A stretch of 63,966 nucleotides of DNA, the filler included, from Reticulomyxa filosa (taxonomy: Eukaryota; Protista; Foraminifera), in NCBI GenBank assembly GCA_000512085.1. It is 18 parts of 18 records of this genome, joined end to end, with 100 filler letters (N's around TTAATTAATTAA, not from the genome) between each part and the next. Parts side by side here need not be neighbours in the genome. Positions count along the whole stretch, not along the records: positions 36,834 to 38,495 come from ASPP01014498.1; positions 38,596 to 39,688 come from ASPP01023236.1; positions 39,789 to 40,982 come from ASPP01050295.1; positions 41,083 to 45,649 come from ASPP01019231.1; positions 45,750 to 46,749 come from ASPP01035627.1; positions 46,850 to 49,905 come from ASPP01019419.1; positions 50,006 to 55,221 come from ASPP01024595.1; 11 more parts are not named here. One strand, 5' to 3'. Below, piece by piece: positions 38,430 to 51,472 of this stretch; position 1 is the first letter of the stretch; each line of letters starts with the position of its first letter. The position numbers and the translations under genes are program-made. The notes below the pieces were generated by a model. The model ran no database searches. It worked only from the letters and a program-made list of their open reading frames with translations, and was not told the origin of the DNA.

Positions 38430-41082
38430 TTAACACTTGAGACCCCCTTCCTTTCAATTTCAAAAAAAAAATTTTTAAAAAGTTCATTTTTTTTTNNNNN
38501 NNNNNNNNNNNNNNNNNNNNNNNNNNNNNNNNNNNNNNNTTAATTAATTAANNNNNNNNNNNNNNNNNNNNNNNNNNNNNNNNNNNNNNNNNNNNTTATT
38601 CGCAAATTGGAAATCTCGATACCTTGGTCACGAATCACACATACCAAGATCAGTGGATGTCAATATAAGCGCTTGCATAATCGACAAAGTGGCTCATCAC
38701 CAAATCACAATAATACAACGAAGCAACTCCAAGTCTGCTGACAACACAATGCACATGGAAGATGATGATGAGAAGATGGATGACCAAGATAAAACAGAAA
38801 TTGCGGGCTTCGACTCGTCTCCATTTATCGTCGCTGAGAAGCAACGGCTAATCACTTTTTTGGCCGAACATACTTTGCTTTCGAGTTTGCTGAATCCGCA
38901 TCAAGCATCGTGTCTGTCCAATGTGTTGCGATGCATACTTTAGCGCCGAACGTCGTCTCGACTGATCAATCGCAGCGTGACTATGAACAAGCTTGACCTG
39001 AAGCATATCTACTGGAAGAACGAATGTGCCAAATATGCGATCACTGTACATTAGCAGATGTCGTCGCAACATGGAGAAAAGCAGCTGCATTTGGAAGATC
39101 ACCAGCGTCAAATTCAGGAAATACATATAATAATGAAAAAAAAATAAGAGACAATGCCTAAGAACATTGTGGAAGGGAGCAAGAATATAGAATAAAACAT
39201 TGATTTTGGTGGCGAACGTAAGCATGCAATGGTCATCGAACTTGAGCGCCAACGTGAATACCGAAACACTTGGAGTTTTGTATTCGTCTAGTCAGTCGAT
39301 ATGATCACATTGCCCTAAATCGTGCCACTGGCTGTACCTTCGGAAGTTGGAGATGGAGTAAAACACATTCGCGCTAACTCGCATCTGTAAATCGGGTATC
39401 TGCAGTGCAAGTGAAGCATGTACGGCAGTGTCTATGCAGCAGGAATGTGGAGAAGAACTTATCCACGTGGACATGTGAATGCTGCAAACATAGTATATGC
39501 AATGTGGAATAATGTCGATTGGAAGGCTATCGATATTGTTTGTGATGAAATTGCCAGGAATTTGGCTTTTCTGTTTTTTTAAGTAAAATAGTTTGCATTC
39601 AAATCGAAAAATGAAAAAACACGTTTTGAAAAAGTATGCATATAAAAACGATAGAAATTATATATCACTGTCTGTTTGATACTTTTTTNNNNNNNNNNNN
39701 NNNNNNNNNNNNNNNNNNNNNNNNNNNNNNNNTTAATTAATTAANNNNNNNNNNNNNNNNNNNNNNNNNNNNNNNNNNNNNNNNNNNNCGAACTCCCCCC
39801 CCCCCAAGGTTTCCAAACGAGGCAATAATTTCTCCCGCTTCAAATGGTTCAATGACCAATGACACACCATATTAGCGGTCCCTGCTCCCAAATCAAAATG
39901 AAATGAAAAATAATCAATACCCTGTTTTGAATTCAATTACAAACATAATGCAAATACTTGCACACTCATGCTCGACTGCAATAAGTAGTTGATTAGGAAT
40001 TTAGTGATTCATATCACAGCTTAGTATGCCAATTGTTTCATCATCACTTTGGCTTCTCACTCTAAATGGGCTGCACTGTTATCCTCATTGAATTTTGTCT
40101 TCGTGCATGTTATCTTATTATTTTCCAAATATTAGATTGCCTTCTTTTTGCAATAGCTCAACGCGCCGCAAACACGGCCGATGTTTTCACACTCACTCCC
40201 CACTTATCGCTTGCAAGTTTTCTTGCATTTTCGACTACCTTTTTGTTTAATACTGGCCCATCACATCTTTTCATTTTATTTTTTTTTTTTAGATCGAGTC
40301 ATATCACACACCATTTAAAAAAAACAAAAAACAGACCATATAGATTCATTTTGAATCGATGAAGTAATAACAATTTGCTAGTATCTTCGTCTGGAGCTTG
40401 GTATCTGTATCTTTTGTGGTTTATATTGTTTATAGAAAATGTGTTTGCTGAAATGATCAGACTTTACACATTTGGTTTTGTGAAACTTATTTTCCAAGCT
40501 TCATTCACAAAGGCAACCACTTGCTGTTTTTCGTTCAACAATACTTTCCGAAATCTAAATAGAGCAATGCTTGGGTATTGCATGGCAATGTTTCATGATC
40601 TGGGCCAGAACATTATCGAACACGAGCTTGATGACCTCCTCAACAGCGAAGACTGCAGTTGCCAAGAAGTTTCCACTCAGCCCATTCTCCAAAGATACAT
40701 CAGTCACTGCAAGGATTAGGAACGGTAACAACGCCTTGAGTTGTTAAAGTTGAGGCACATCTAAAACCTCCCCGCCCAATGTTGCATCACCGTTTTCTTT
40801 CACCGTTATTTCACCTTTCAACACAATTGCCAAGAGTTTGGACTCACCAGGCTGAACGTTCAAATTTTCAAAGTGCCAGTAATTGGAATGCACAACAACA
40901 ATATGTGTTGTATTTTAAGTAATTGATACACGCATGTGTTTGACTGAGGTTCAATCACATTCGAGACGAATGGTAACACCGCNNNNNNNNNNNNNNNNNN
41001 NNNNNNNNNNNNNNNNNNNNNNNNNNTTAATTAATTAANNNNNNNNNNNNNNNNNNNNNNNNNNNNNNNNNNNNNNNNNNNN

Positions 41083-44000
41083 TTACGTATTCAGATTTTT
41101 TTTTTTTTAAAAAAAAATAGTGATCAACTGTATTTCCGATCTGGCAGCTTCTAAGCATTTTTTCGTGAAAGGCAATTCTTCGTCGATTTGAATGGCTTCC
41201 CAATTGCCAACGCCGTGCTTTGCAGCACCGATGATGAGCGCTCTGTCTTCGTCTTTGGTCCACCAAGGAGTGGGCAGCTCTCCGAGGACTTTGTCCGGCA
41301 CCTCGACCTTGTCATGGATGTCAGCCATGGGAATATCTTTCAGTTGTTTCCTCAGCTTCAAAGCCAAACGAAAGACCTTGGCCCAGCGCCCCGAGTGATT
41401 GGACACAATGCTGGGAAAGAAGGGTTCCTCAAACGACGGGAAGTCGCTCGGCTGAACAGTTTTGGGATTGATCTGTTTGACCCGTTGATGCGAGGGTTTG
41501 TACTCTTCGTCGCTGTCCTCATCGCTGTATTGCATATCGTCGGAAAACGACGAAGGCACGTCCTTTTGCACATTTTTTTTCACTTTGGCAAAGACCTTGC
41601 GATCTTCAATGTCGATGGTCTTTTCGGACAAGTGTTGTAAGCAAGCGATGCACCACCCGCAGATTTCGCGCAGCGATCGTTTCTTCTTCAGTTTGATATG
41701 CACGAGTACAGTGGGCCAAAAGTCGTTGCCGCCAATGGCCGTGGCAAACACAGTGAAGAATGCATCGAACACGGCCTCGCATAACAGCTTGGACCACACG
41801 CTATTGCCAAAGACATTGGTTTTGGGACGATTCGCTTCATCTTCGTCCAAGTACGAATACGGATCGGGTTTGTCTTTCTTTTCTTTTTTTTTGCGTAAAA
41901 AGCGTCTGGGATTTTCGATAAACTCGGCCCACTCTTGTGCCTGTACGCGTTGCGCTTCACTAAACCATTGTGCGTTGTTGGCAACTTCAGTGAGCAATGA
42001 GATGATCACGTTGACGTGCTTGGATAGCTCTCCTCGTTGTCTCAAGTCGATCACTTCCAAAGCTTGCTCTTCCAATCTCGCCCAAAAGCGCTCCACTTGT
42101 CCGACGCTGCCAAAGTCGCCTTTATTCAACTGCTCCAACATTTCTTGCGGATTCAATTCCGCCGGCAATATCTTTTCCCAAAAGTCGCGATCGTTGATGT
42201 CCACTCCGGCCGCCGCGTCGCTCGATACAAACGTGGCCTTGCTGAAGGTGCTCTCCCCCGTCCCTTCGTCGAACACAATATCAGTGGCACGCTCTTCCAA
42301 TATCTGGTCAATGTCTGCCGCGCAAAACTTGTCCGCTTGCGTGTCGTCGTCGCGGAATACATCGTATGCGCCGTGCTTCAGCCATCCGTTGATTTCTTCT
42401 GCCGTTGCTTTCTGCTTTTGGTCTCTTATATTTTTTTTATTTTTTATTTTTTATTTTTTTATAGATTGATTCAAGTGCCAAATTAAAGCAATAGTTAAAA
42501 AAAAGTTAAAAATATTAACGTTAACATTATTATATATATATATATAATAATGTTAATGTTAATATTTTTAATCGAAACATACCCTCCACTCAAAAAGGAA
42601 TTGAGTTCACTGGCCATGGCACCCATGATCGCTTTGCCCAAACCCAGCTTCTTCGAGGCTTTGATAAACATTTCTTTTTCATACGAACGTGCCGTGATGA
42701 GTCGATAGACTTTGACGTGCTTGTCTTGCCCCAATCGATGACATCTGGCCATGGCTTGGATGTCGTTCTGTGGGTTCCAGTCCGAATCAAAGATGATCAC
42801 AGTATCTGCCGCCATCAAGTTCAAACCGACACCACCCGCTTTGGTGGTCAGGATAAATGCAAAGGCGTCCGAGTCCGCGGCGCTGAAGCGGTCGATTGCG
42901 GCCTGTCTTTCATTCCCACGAATCGCTCCGTCAATTCGTTCAAACGCATACTTTTTCAACTTCAAGTAGTCGTCCAAAAGGTCCAATGTCATTCGCATTT
43001 GTGAAAAGATCAGCACTCGGTGTCCGCCATCTCGCAACTTGGGCAGCAATTTGTCCAACAACACAAACTTTCCTGAAGTTTCGATGAGCTTGTTCAGGAA
43101 ATCTCGCGTTTCTTTGCAATTGATTGTGGCTTTTTCAAACACTCCTTCGATCAAATACGGGTGATTACATACTTTCCGCAGTTGCATGGCAATGTTCATC
43201 GGCGAGGGGATTTCCTTACTGGACAAAGTTCCTTTATTCAAAAACTCGCGGTTCTTTTCCAAAATTGCGCGATAGTACTGCTTTTGAATACGAGTTAGTT
43301 CGACTTCCAAAATCGTTTCTTTTTTCTGTGGGATGAATTTGGCCACGTCCTCTTTCATTCGTCGCAAGAAATAAGGACGAATGACTTTGTGCAACTCCGC
43401 AATATCGCGTTCGCTCTCCAACTTTTCCTGTCCAAACGACTTGTTAAATAGTTCAAAGTTGTCAAAGTTGTTGGGCGCCACGAAATTTAGCAAGTTCCAC
43501 AACTCGCGCATGTTATTTTGAATCGGAGTGCCCGTCAGCAGTATCTTGTGTTCGATCGAACACCGCGACAAAAAGCGATTCAATTTGCTATCTGCGTTTT
43601 TCAATCGATGCGCTTCGTCCACCACGCAAACCTTCCAGTTGATTTCGGACAACTCTTCGTCCAGCATTACTGACTCGTAAGTGGTTATCAGTACATTGAA
43701 TTTGTAAGGCGCATTGTTGTGGACCAATCGTCGACCAGTCTGAGGACAGGTTATATATTTATATACATATTTTTTTGAAGATATGATATGATTGGATACT
43801 GAATTGATACAAACGTTACGTTTTTTTAAAATATATGTACATATATATATATATATATATATATGTGTACATATATGTATATGTATCTTTTTTTTTTTTT
43901 TAAAACTCGATCGAAATATCGGAATTCAAAAAAGTGACAGACACGACGGTCTTCTTTCGTTCCTTGATAAATAACAGGGTTCAAGTCCGTCCACGTGTCA

Positions 44001-45649
44001 AACTCTCTTTGCCAATGAGGGATTGTTCCCAACGGCGCAACGACCAGGAAAGGTCCCCTCGTGTAAACTTCGGCAATTTTTTTCAGCGTGGCCACCACTT
44101 GAACGGTCTTGCCCAAACCCATTTCGTCGGCCAAAATGGATCCTCGATGATTGTACCAGTTAAATGTGAGCCAATTAACTCCCTCGACTTGCCATGGATG
44201 CAACACATTACCATTCTTGAAATGATTTTCCTCCTCTGGCAACGGCTGCCATGCCGTCGGTCGAGGCCGGAATTTAGGCGTCCATGCATTCGGGGGCAGC
44301 ACATTTCGGTTTTGGAACGCGTGAATGGCCTTGTCGTCGGAAAAGTCGTCTGGAAACTCCCAGCGACTATTGCTATAATGCAAGCCACTGAACTTAACCA
44401 AGTATTCAAATCGAGTGTCGCCGTCAAAGTAGCCGGGGCCCGGCCGAGCAGCCAGCAAACGGTCCACTTCGATGTAAGACGGATCAAACACATCACTGCG
44501 TCCGTCCCAAAACAGGGGATTCTTTTTCAAAAAATTTTTCAGTTTTTTCGCTCCATTCGGATCTTGTTCGATTGTTTTCTGGCTGACCCATTCGCAATGT
44601 AAATGAGATAATCCCTAATTGTATTGATTGTTGTTATTGATATATAAATATAAATGTAAATATATGTATATATATATTTTTTTTTTTTTTTTTTGGGATA
44701 TAATTTACTCAACTTTCCATAAAACGTAATATTCATAATCATCCAAACCGGTAACGGCATCTTTCAAAGACTTGCGCCAAATTATTTTGTCAATCTCCAA
44801 CTGAACGTACTCTTTGCGTAATTTTTTGAGCTCCTTGGATGGCTCTTTGTACACAATGTTGGTAAGGTCTTGGCGGAAATTGTCGCTGCAGTCTTTGAAA
44901 TAGTTTTGCAATTGTTGCTGTCTTTCCACATCGTTCATGCGCTGTCGCTTTTTCTTTGTGCCAAAGTAGTTGTTGCTGTCTCCATTTTCGCTATCGTCAA
45001 CTGGGTCATACTCACTGTTCGTTTACATACACACGTACATAAACATTATACATCACATAGTCAATCCAATAAAAAACGAAAGCGCATTTGAAAATATATA
45101 TTTGTAGGGACATTACACCAATTTAACTACGTTCCGTACATAAGAGGTAACTTTTATATACAAATAAAAACAAAAAAACCAAAAGAAAAAACATAAAAAT
45201 GCAAACTCTTCAGAAGCTCCATAGTTGTCGACAGTATTTTTCATAAGGCGTTCGGCGGTGGTTAAATCATCGTCGCTTTGCAATTTGTAATTGACTCTCT
45301 TTACTTGCTGTGCCTTGCGTTTGGCTCTGCTGATCGCCAGCGTGTTGTCCCCATCGCTCATCCCATCGTCATACTCGTCCAACTGGTCTTCGTCAAACTT
45401 CTTGTGCTTCCTGCTGTCCTCCAGCATGTCGTAGTCCTTTTTGCTGATTGCATTCTGATTATTGTTCACACTATTGTTGGTGGTCGCACTACTATTTGCA
45501 GTGTTCACATTGATGATGATGCTATTGCCGGAAGTGGTGATGGTGGTATTGGCATTGGTATTTGTATTGGTCTTGTTATTATGGATATTCATTGTATTTA
45601 CATTATTGTTATTATTATTACTATTATTATTATTATTATTATTGTTATT
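41083..45649 (-). CDS. Chromodomain-helicase-DNA-binding chromatin remodeller (CHD6-9-like), multi-exon, both ends truncated
   Basis: Two chromodomains (YEYYVLWK; EYLVKFSGLHYSNSRWE), ILADEMGLGKT, DEAH, QLRKVCNHPYL, DSDWNPQNDIQAMARCHRLGQ, STFSKATF, SLIDE-like WWTKDEDRALIIGAAKHG. Confidence 0.95.
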
Positions 45650-45749
45650 NNNNNNNNNNNNNNNNNNNNNNNNNNNNNNNNNNNNNNNNNNNNTTAATTA
45701 ATTAANNNNNNNNNNNNNNNNNNNNNNNNNNNNNNNNNNNNNNNNNNNN

Positions 45750-46749
45750 TTGGCACTGCTTACAGCATCCTTGAAGCGATTACTTTATCTCTTGCACAGT
45801 GTTATTACTATCGCTTAAATCGATCACAAAGAGAGAAATACAATGAATTAATTTCCACAAAAACCATTCAATATAATATCAATATTAAATTAGATTTAAT
45901 CGTCAAGCGTGAACAAGACAGGTTTGGCTAACAAAGATTAACAATTGTATTTATCAATAAAATTGTGTATTTTTGTTTGTTTATAGATACATTCGAGCAT
46001 TAACAATTCCTCCTGGCATTGCCACCAATCGTGCATTTTCAGAAAACTTGTTTGTAATGTTGGTCGGATTGGCAACCAAAACACCAACTATCATCGTTGG
46101 AAGACCTGGTTTTTATATATTCACACTCTCTTTTTTATGATATTTGAAATCTTGATTGACTAATACTTGTAGGTTCTTCAAAGACTCTTGCCATGGCCAC
46201 GATTCACAGCAATCTGTCCTCCGCAAGCAAGAGTAAGCAGCTAACTGAAATGGGATATGATGACTTCTTTGTGGTTCGTTTTTTTTTCAAGTATTTATTG
46301 TAGTGTTGTATGCAAAAATAAATCTTTTGAAATACACAGATATCATTCCAATGCTCAAAGTTAACCACAGCCGATTTAATTAAGAAGAGATGGGATGATG
46401 CTGTAGAATTTCAAGATACACTTCGAAAAGTAGCAAAGCAAAAAGAAGGAGATAAAAAAAAGGATCCAATATCTCCTGCGGGAAACGCTGCGAACGCAAC
46501 ATCGAATCGCAGTGTCGTATTATGGCTGGACGAAGTTGGCTTAGCGGAACACAGTCCTCATCGGCCTTTGAAAGTATTGCATAAATTATTGGAAGATGGC
46601 AATCCAACAATTGCTTTTATTGGATTAAGTAATTGGAAATTGGATGCAGCAAAGATGAATCGAATGGTACTGCATCAAGTGACACAACCAGATGATCAAG
46701 AACTAGTCCACACTGCGCAGGCTATATTGAACGAAAAGAGCGAAGGAGA
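45750..46749 (+). CDS. RNF213/mysterin-like dynein-related AAA+ module, internal fragment with 3 introns
   Basis: SENLFVMLV, IIVGRPG|SSKTLA (Walker A), SFQCS, WLDEVGLAEHSPHRPLKVLHKLLE, FIGLSNWKLDAAKMNR. Confidence 0.9.
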
Positions 46750-46849
46750 NNNNNNNNNNNNNNNNNNNNNNNNNNNNNNNNNNNNNNNNNNNNTTAATTA
46801 ATTAANNNNNNNNNNNNNNNNNNNNNNNNNNNNNNNNNNNNNNNNNNNN

Positions 46850-48202
46850 TTGAAATGTTAAATGAGGAAAATACACTGAGTTAATTGGATGTGATGGATT
46901 CATTGATTCTTGTCCTTGTAAAAATCCAAATGAATGAATTCGAGACCATTGAGATGGAATTGCAATACATTTACGTGGATATTTCTTTTTAATCCAATGC
47001 AATGACTTTTCTTGCATTTCACAAGAAATAATTACTTGTTCAAGTTTCATTCCTTCCCATGCAAGATGTGACAAATAATCAATTTCCATTTCAAAAATAT
47101 TGAACATATTTTGTGGATTTATTTTTTCTTTCATTTCATTCGATTTTGTCCAATTCCATTTCATATAACATTCCAATAATTTCTCATACAATTTTGAAAC
47201 TGAGATATTATTTAATCCATCAAATATTTTGTTTTCATTTCGATTTTCTTTTTTCTCTTCTTTGATTTCATGTATTTCATTCAAATCATTAATTTCTTGT
47301 CTTACAAGATAACAAAATAAACGTAAATACAATGGAGTATGACTCAATAATTGCAAATTTTGATTATTATTTAATATTTTTATCAATGTATTTCCCTGAT
47401 TATTATTGACATCATTTGTAATGTTTCGAAAATATCCATGAACATAATTTTTGATGTCTTCTTTTTGAAATCCAATGACATTGAGTCGTCTTAATTTATT
47501 ATTCAAATATGAACACATTGCATTAGGACGACTTGTCATAATTATAGAATAATTTGTATTTAAAGCACAATCTTCCAACCACTTTTGCAAACCTGGTTTT
47601 GTGTTCAATTCATTTGCAATTTCATCAAATCCATCCAATACTAATAACAGTCCATTCTTTGCATTCATCACACATTTTGTGTCATCTGTATTCCATTGTG
47701 AAATATTCAATTCATTCATTATTTTTATCCATTTCTCTTGAATATTATCATTACTTTTGTCCCCATTTTCTTCCATTTTTTCTGTTTTTTTGTTCTTAGT
47801 GTTCTCAGTATCTTTTCTTTCTTTTTCTACTCTCCAAATATTTTCTAATTTTATTGTTTTTTGCTCGCTGTAAATCAATGAATAATCCATTATGTTTGGC
47901 CATTTTTCATCTTCTTCACGTATTTTATGATCAGAATCTTCTTTTTCTTCTTGTTTGTTTGATATTTTATCTTTTCTTTCTTGAAACTGTTGTTGGGTTA
48001 AAAGGACCAATCGAACGTAACAAGTGTCAATTGACTGTGGAAGATCGTCAAATAATGGAACTAGTTTGTCTTGAGAGTTGTAATACTCTTTCAATTTTTG
48101 TTTTGTTATCTCGGCTGTTTTTTCAAGAAGACAATTCTTGTCCATTCTATTCAGGGGAAGCAAAAACTCTTTTTTTTTTTGAAAAACTGAAATAAAGTTC
48201 AC
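46850..48202 (-). CDS. NACHT (STAND) NTPase protein, N-terminal part; no Walker A motif
   Basis: LLLVLDGFDEI (Walker B), IIMTSRP, LNVIGF, TPLYLRLFC, LAWEG, YFPHLTFQ. Confidence 0.85.
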
Positions 48203-48623
48203 TGTTGTAGAAAGAAAAAGATTAACAATATCACAAATAATGATGATTAAATTTTTGTTGAAAAAATATCATTATACAAAAAATGTCAATCACACAAAAT
48301 AAAATTTTCTTTTTGAAAGGAGATATAAAAAAATAGCATCAAGTGGATTTATACAACAAACGTGTGTTTGACTGAAAAACAATGCTTTGACAAACATTAT
48401 TTTTCAAACTGCTAATAATAATCTTACTGCACAAAAATCATTTTTCATGATAATTGGTTTTACATTCTTCGACAATGTTATTATTCTTGCATTGATTTAT
48501 ACAATCATCACTCTCAATTTATCAGTTTAGGCAAAACTTTATTTAAAACTGGACAAATTATTCTTTGGTGGTGTGAGATTGTTTACATTTGAAATTAAAA
48601 ATGGAATAAATATATTGAACGAT

Positions 48624-48842
48624 TGTAGGGCAAGCCCCTATTACACATGGTTGAACTCTTATGGAACTGAGGAGCTCCCTTTGGGTTAAACTTCTTTACA
48701 AATTTTCTTCACTTCTTGTTTTGGTCTTTCTTTTTTACTTATTGGTTGTTTAGTTTACTTTGTTTTACTGAAAGCCACTCTCAATTCGAGTAAAACCTTT
48801 TCGTATTACATTTAGTGTAGCTCCTACAGTAGACACCCCACA
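48624..48842 (+). mobile_element. Solo LTR, 219 bp, with 4-bp target-site duplication CGAT
   Basis: TGTAGGG...CCCCACA termini; CGAT at 48620-48623 and 48843-48846; reverse-complement homologue of 20222-20449. Confidence 0.9.
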
Positions 48843-49293
48843 CGATGTTTATTGTTCATCAGCAATACTTTTATAAATGTTTTATTTTTTAAGGTGAAAA
48901 TAGCAAAACATTTAAATAAAAATAAAACTTTATTAAAACGCAGGTTTCTTAAAGTGGGTCAATTCCAAATTTTATTTTTTTTTCTTGCATATGAGTACTC
49001 TTCTAACACATTACAGAGATTAAACTGATCATTGCTTCTGATCTTGAAGTAACACATCATTACTTTTGGCTTGAAAAAATATTACTTGACCAAAAAGATT
49101 AATCTAAGTCATAGCTTTGCAAAATGAAACAAACATAATCAACACGTGATTTTCCATAAAATACTTGAAAAAAATATAAAAAATTTTCATCTGATACAAA
49201 CTTTTCTTTTGTTTTTCATCTTTTAAAATTAAAACTACAAAACAAGAACGTCGGCGTTAAGTTAATCCCTTTTATAAAACTCTCCTAACACTA

Positions 49294-49830
49294 ATGTCGG
49301 GAAAGCGTCTGATAGGGATACTATTACTGATAGCCCCATTTGTGTATGGGCTTCTATTTGTAAATATATCCTCGTCGAGAGGCTTACTTTCCGCAACGTT
49401 GCCGACACCAGAACAGCCAAAATTTATAAATAGCACAAGTGTAAAACAAATGAATGCCGCATTGCCGGTCGACACAAAAGCGGACAACGCAACAAAGATA
49501 AAAAACGTATCAAATAGTGCAAAAAGAAAAAACGAGGCATTTGAAAAAATACTTGAAAAGGGAGACTTTGTAAGTAGTTTATACGACATGAACCGGTTGT
49601 TTCCAGAGAATGGGACAAGTGACGTGTCGTATAAGATAAACAACAAATTACTGCGAAGAGGCAAAATTCCATATTTATACGATCCACCCCCTCCGTTATC
49701 ATTGCCACTTTCCTACAGCTGGACTATGCCCCCAGCGAGCAACTTTAACACCAAGTCTCGGAAATATAGCTTCCCTGTCATCGATTACCCCATCCTTCCA
49801 TTTTTTCTCCAATCAAAACGACCACGAGTT
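49294..49830 (+). CDS. First exon of a type II membrane or secreted protein of unknown function
   Basis: N-terminal hydrophobic LIGILLLIAPFVYGLLFV then a stem-like region; runs into a poly-T intron. Confidence 0.55.
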
Positions 49831-49851
49831 TTTTTTTTGTTCCTTCACTAC

Positions 49852-49892
<41 letters not shown>

Positions 49893-50894
49893 CAAAAAAA
49901 AAAAANNNNNNNNNNNNNNNNNNNNNNNNNNNNNNNNNNNNNNNNNNNNTTAATTAATTAANNNNNNNNNNNNNNNNNNNNNNNNNNNNNNNNNNNNNNN
50001 NNNNNAGGAGAAATCAAAGGAGAAATTGTAAATAAATCTCTTTGAAGTAATAAAAATTATGACATAAATTAGTTAATTTTTTCTTACAAAATTCTAAAAG
50101 TGTCACTAAATCGATTAATTTTAGAGGATTATTTTTTTATCTTTTGTTATTATTATTTATTCAATCCTTTTTTTATTTTTCAATTTTTTCATCATTTTTT
50201 ATAGTTTTTTTGCTTTTTTTAATAAAACGAAAAGTTTTAAAAAATAAAATTAACTAATAAAATTAAAATTAACTTCAAAGTTATTAAAACTTTGGTCAGA
50301 TATTTGTCACATTGTGATGTCCACATCAACGCTTTCTTCATTTGACACAAGTCCTTACATTTGCAAAGAATAAATATCTATAAATTAAGCAAATAAGAAC
50401 AACTTTTTGTAATTTGTGCATACATTCAATTTTCAATTGTGTGTAAATTGGTTTCTCAAGGAGTGTCGCTAATAGTGACAAATAAACCATTTCCTAGCAT
50501 AGTCAAGTCAGATTCAAAGTTTAATCACTTTATTATTTTATACAAAACAATTTAGTCACTGGAATATACTATTAAATTATTCAAAAATATTATTTTGCAA
50601 ACTAATTGAAGAGGTGTTTACGAGTAATGAAAGTTTTTTTATTTTGTTGTAGAGCTTTCATTTGACAAATGCACTATTTGCAATATAATTTTTGTATGCA
50701 CTTGCTTCATCTGTTGAACTTGTTTTTGAAATTAAAAAAAATCACAAAATAAGTACATTGAGTTTACGTTAACAATCTAAACTCTGCTCTTTTTTCATAC
50801 ACAAAATGAGCAAGTCAAATTTGCTTTTTTATTCATTGTCAACATCGGAAATGTAAAATGGAAATTTTTAGGAAAAAAAAATTAAATGGAATGA

Positions 50895-51242
50895 TTGCCG
50901 AATGAGCTTTCCAAAGATATTGACAAATTGAGAGATAATAAGTCAATGAAATGCAAAATTATTGGAAAGAAATACAAAATTGTGAAAAAAAATGAAAATG
51001 AAGCAATTCAACAAAATTTGAAAACAAAAAGGAAAAGATTATTTATGAAAATTTTGAACAATACGCCTTCTCAAAATGTCGACGACAACAATATCTTTTG
51101 TAAGGTATGCAAAAAACGCGAGAGTACACATATTGTACTACCTTGCAATCATTGTTTGTTATTTAGCTTATGTAAACTCCTAATAAATTGTCATATTTGT
51201 GAAACTCCAGTTAAAGGATATAGGCGAATATTTTTTTCATAA
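50895..51242 (+). pseudogene. C-terminal RING (C3HC4_3/IAP-type) fragment, degenerate
   Basis: CKVC..RESTHIVLPCNH.LLFSLC....CHICETPV..YRRIF; one Zn-ligand Cys is replaced by Phe; no ATG start. Confidence 0.6.
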
Positions 51243-51472
51243 ATTTTAAACTTTTCTTTTTAAATTCGTTTATAATATCCATTAGATATACTACGATTCA
51301 TTGTTTTTATATCTATTCTTATGCTTTATTAATATCACTGCAAATATTTTATTCAAAGTAAAACTAAAACATGTACATAAAAATACAAAATACATTTCTA
51401 TTCCATTTCATAGCTTTATCATATTGTTATTTAAACTCAAACAATTGAAAAACAGCTTCTTGTCAATGTGTG

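Noticed and set aside
38596-40982. Product calls (cNMP-binding, SAPS-like) for two short contigs
   Set aside because: Broken frames and only vague motif resemblance.
41188-44602. Long plus-strand ORFs (41498-42469, 43934-44602 and others)
   Set aside because: Antisense shadows of the GC-richer CHD exons.
45750-46749. Three segments of exactly 1000 bp (1-1000, 45750-46749, 62967-63966)
   Set aside because: More likely a window-construction or length-filter effect than biology.
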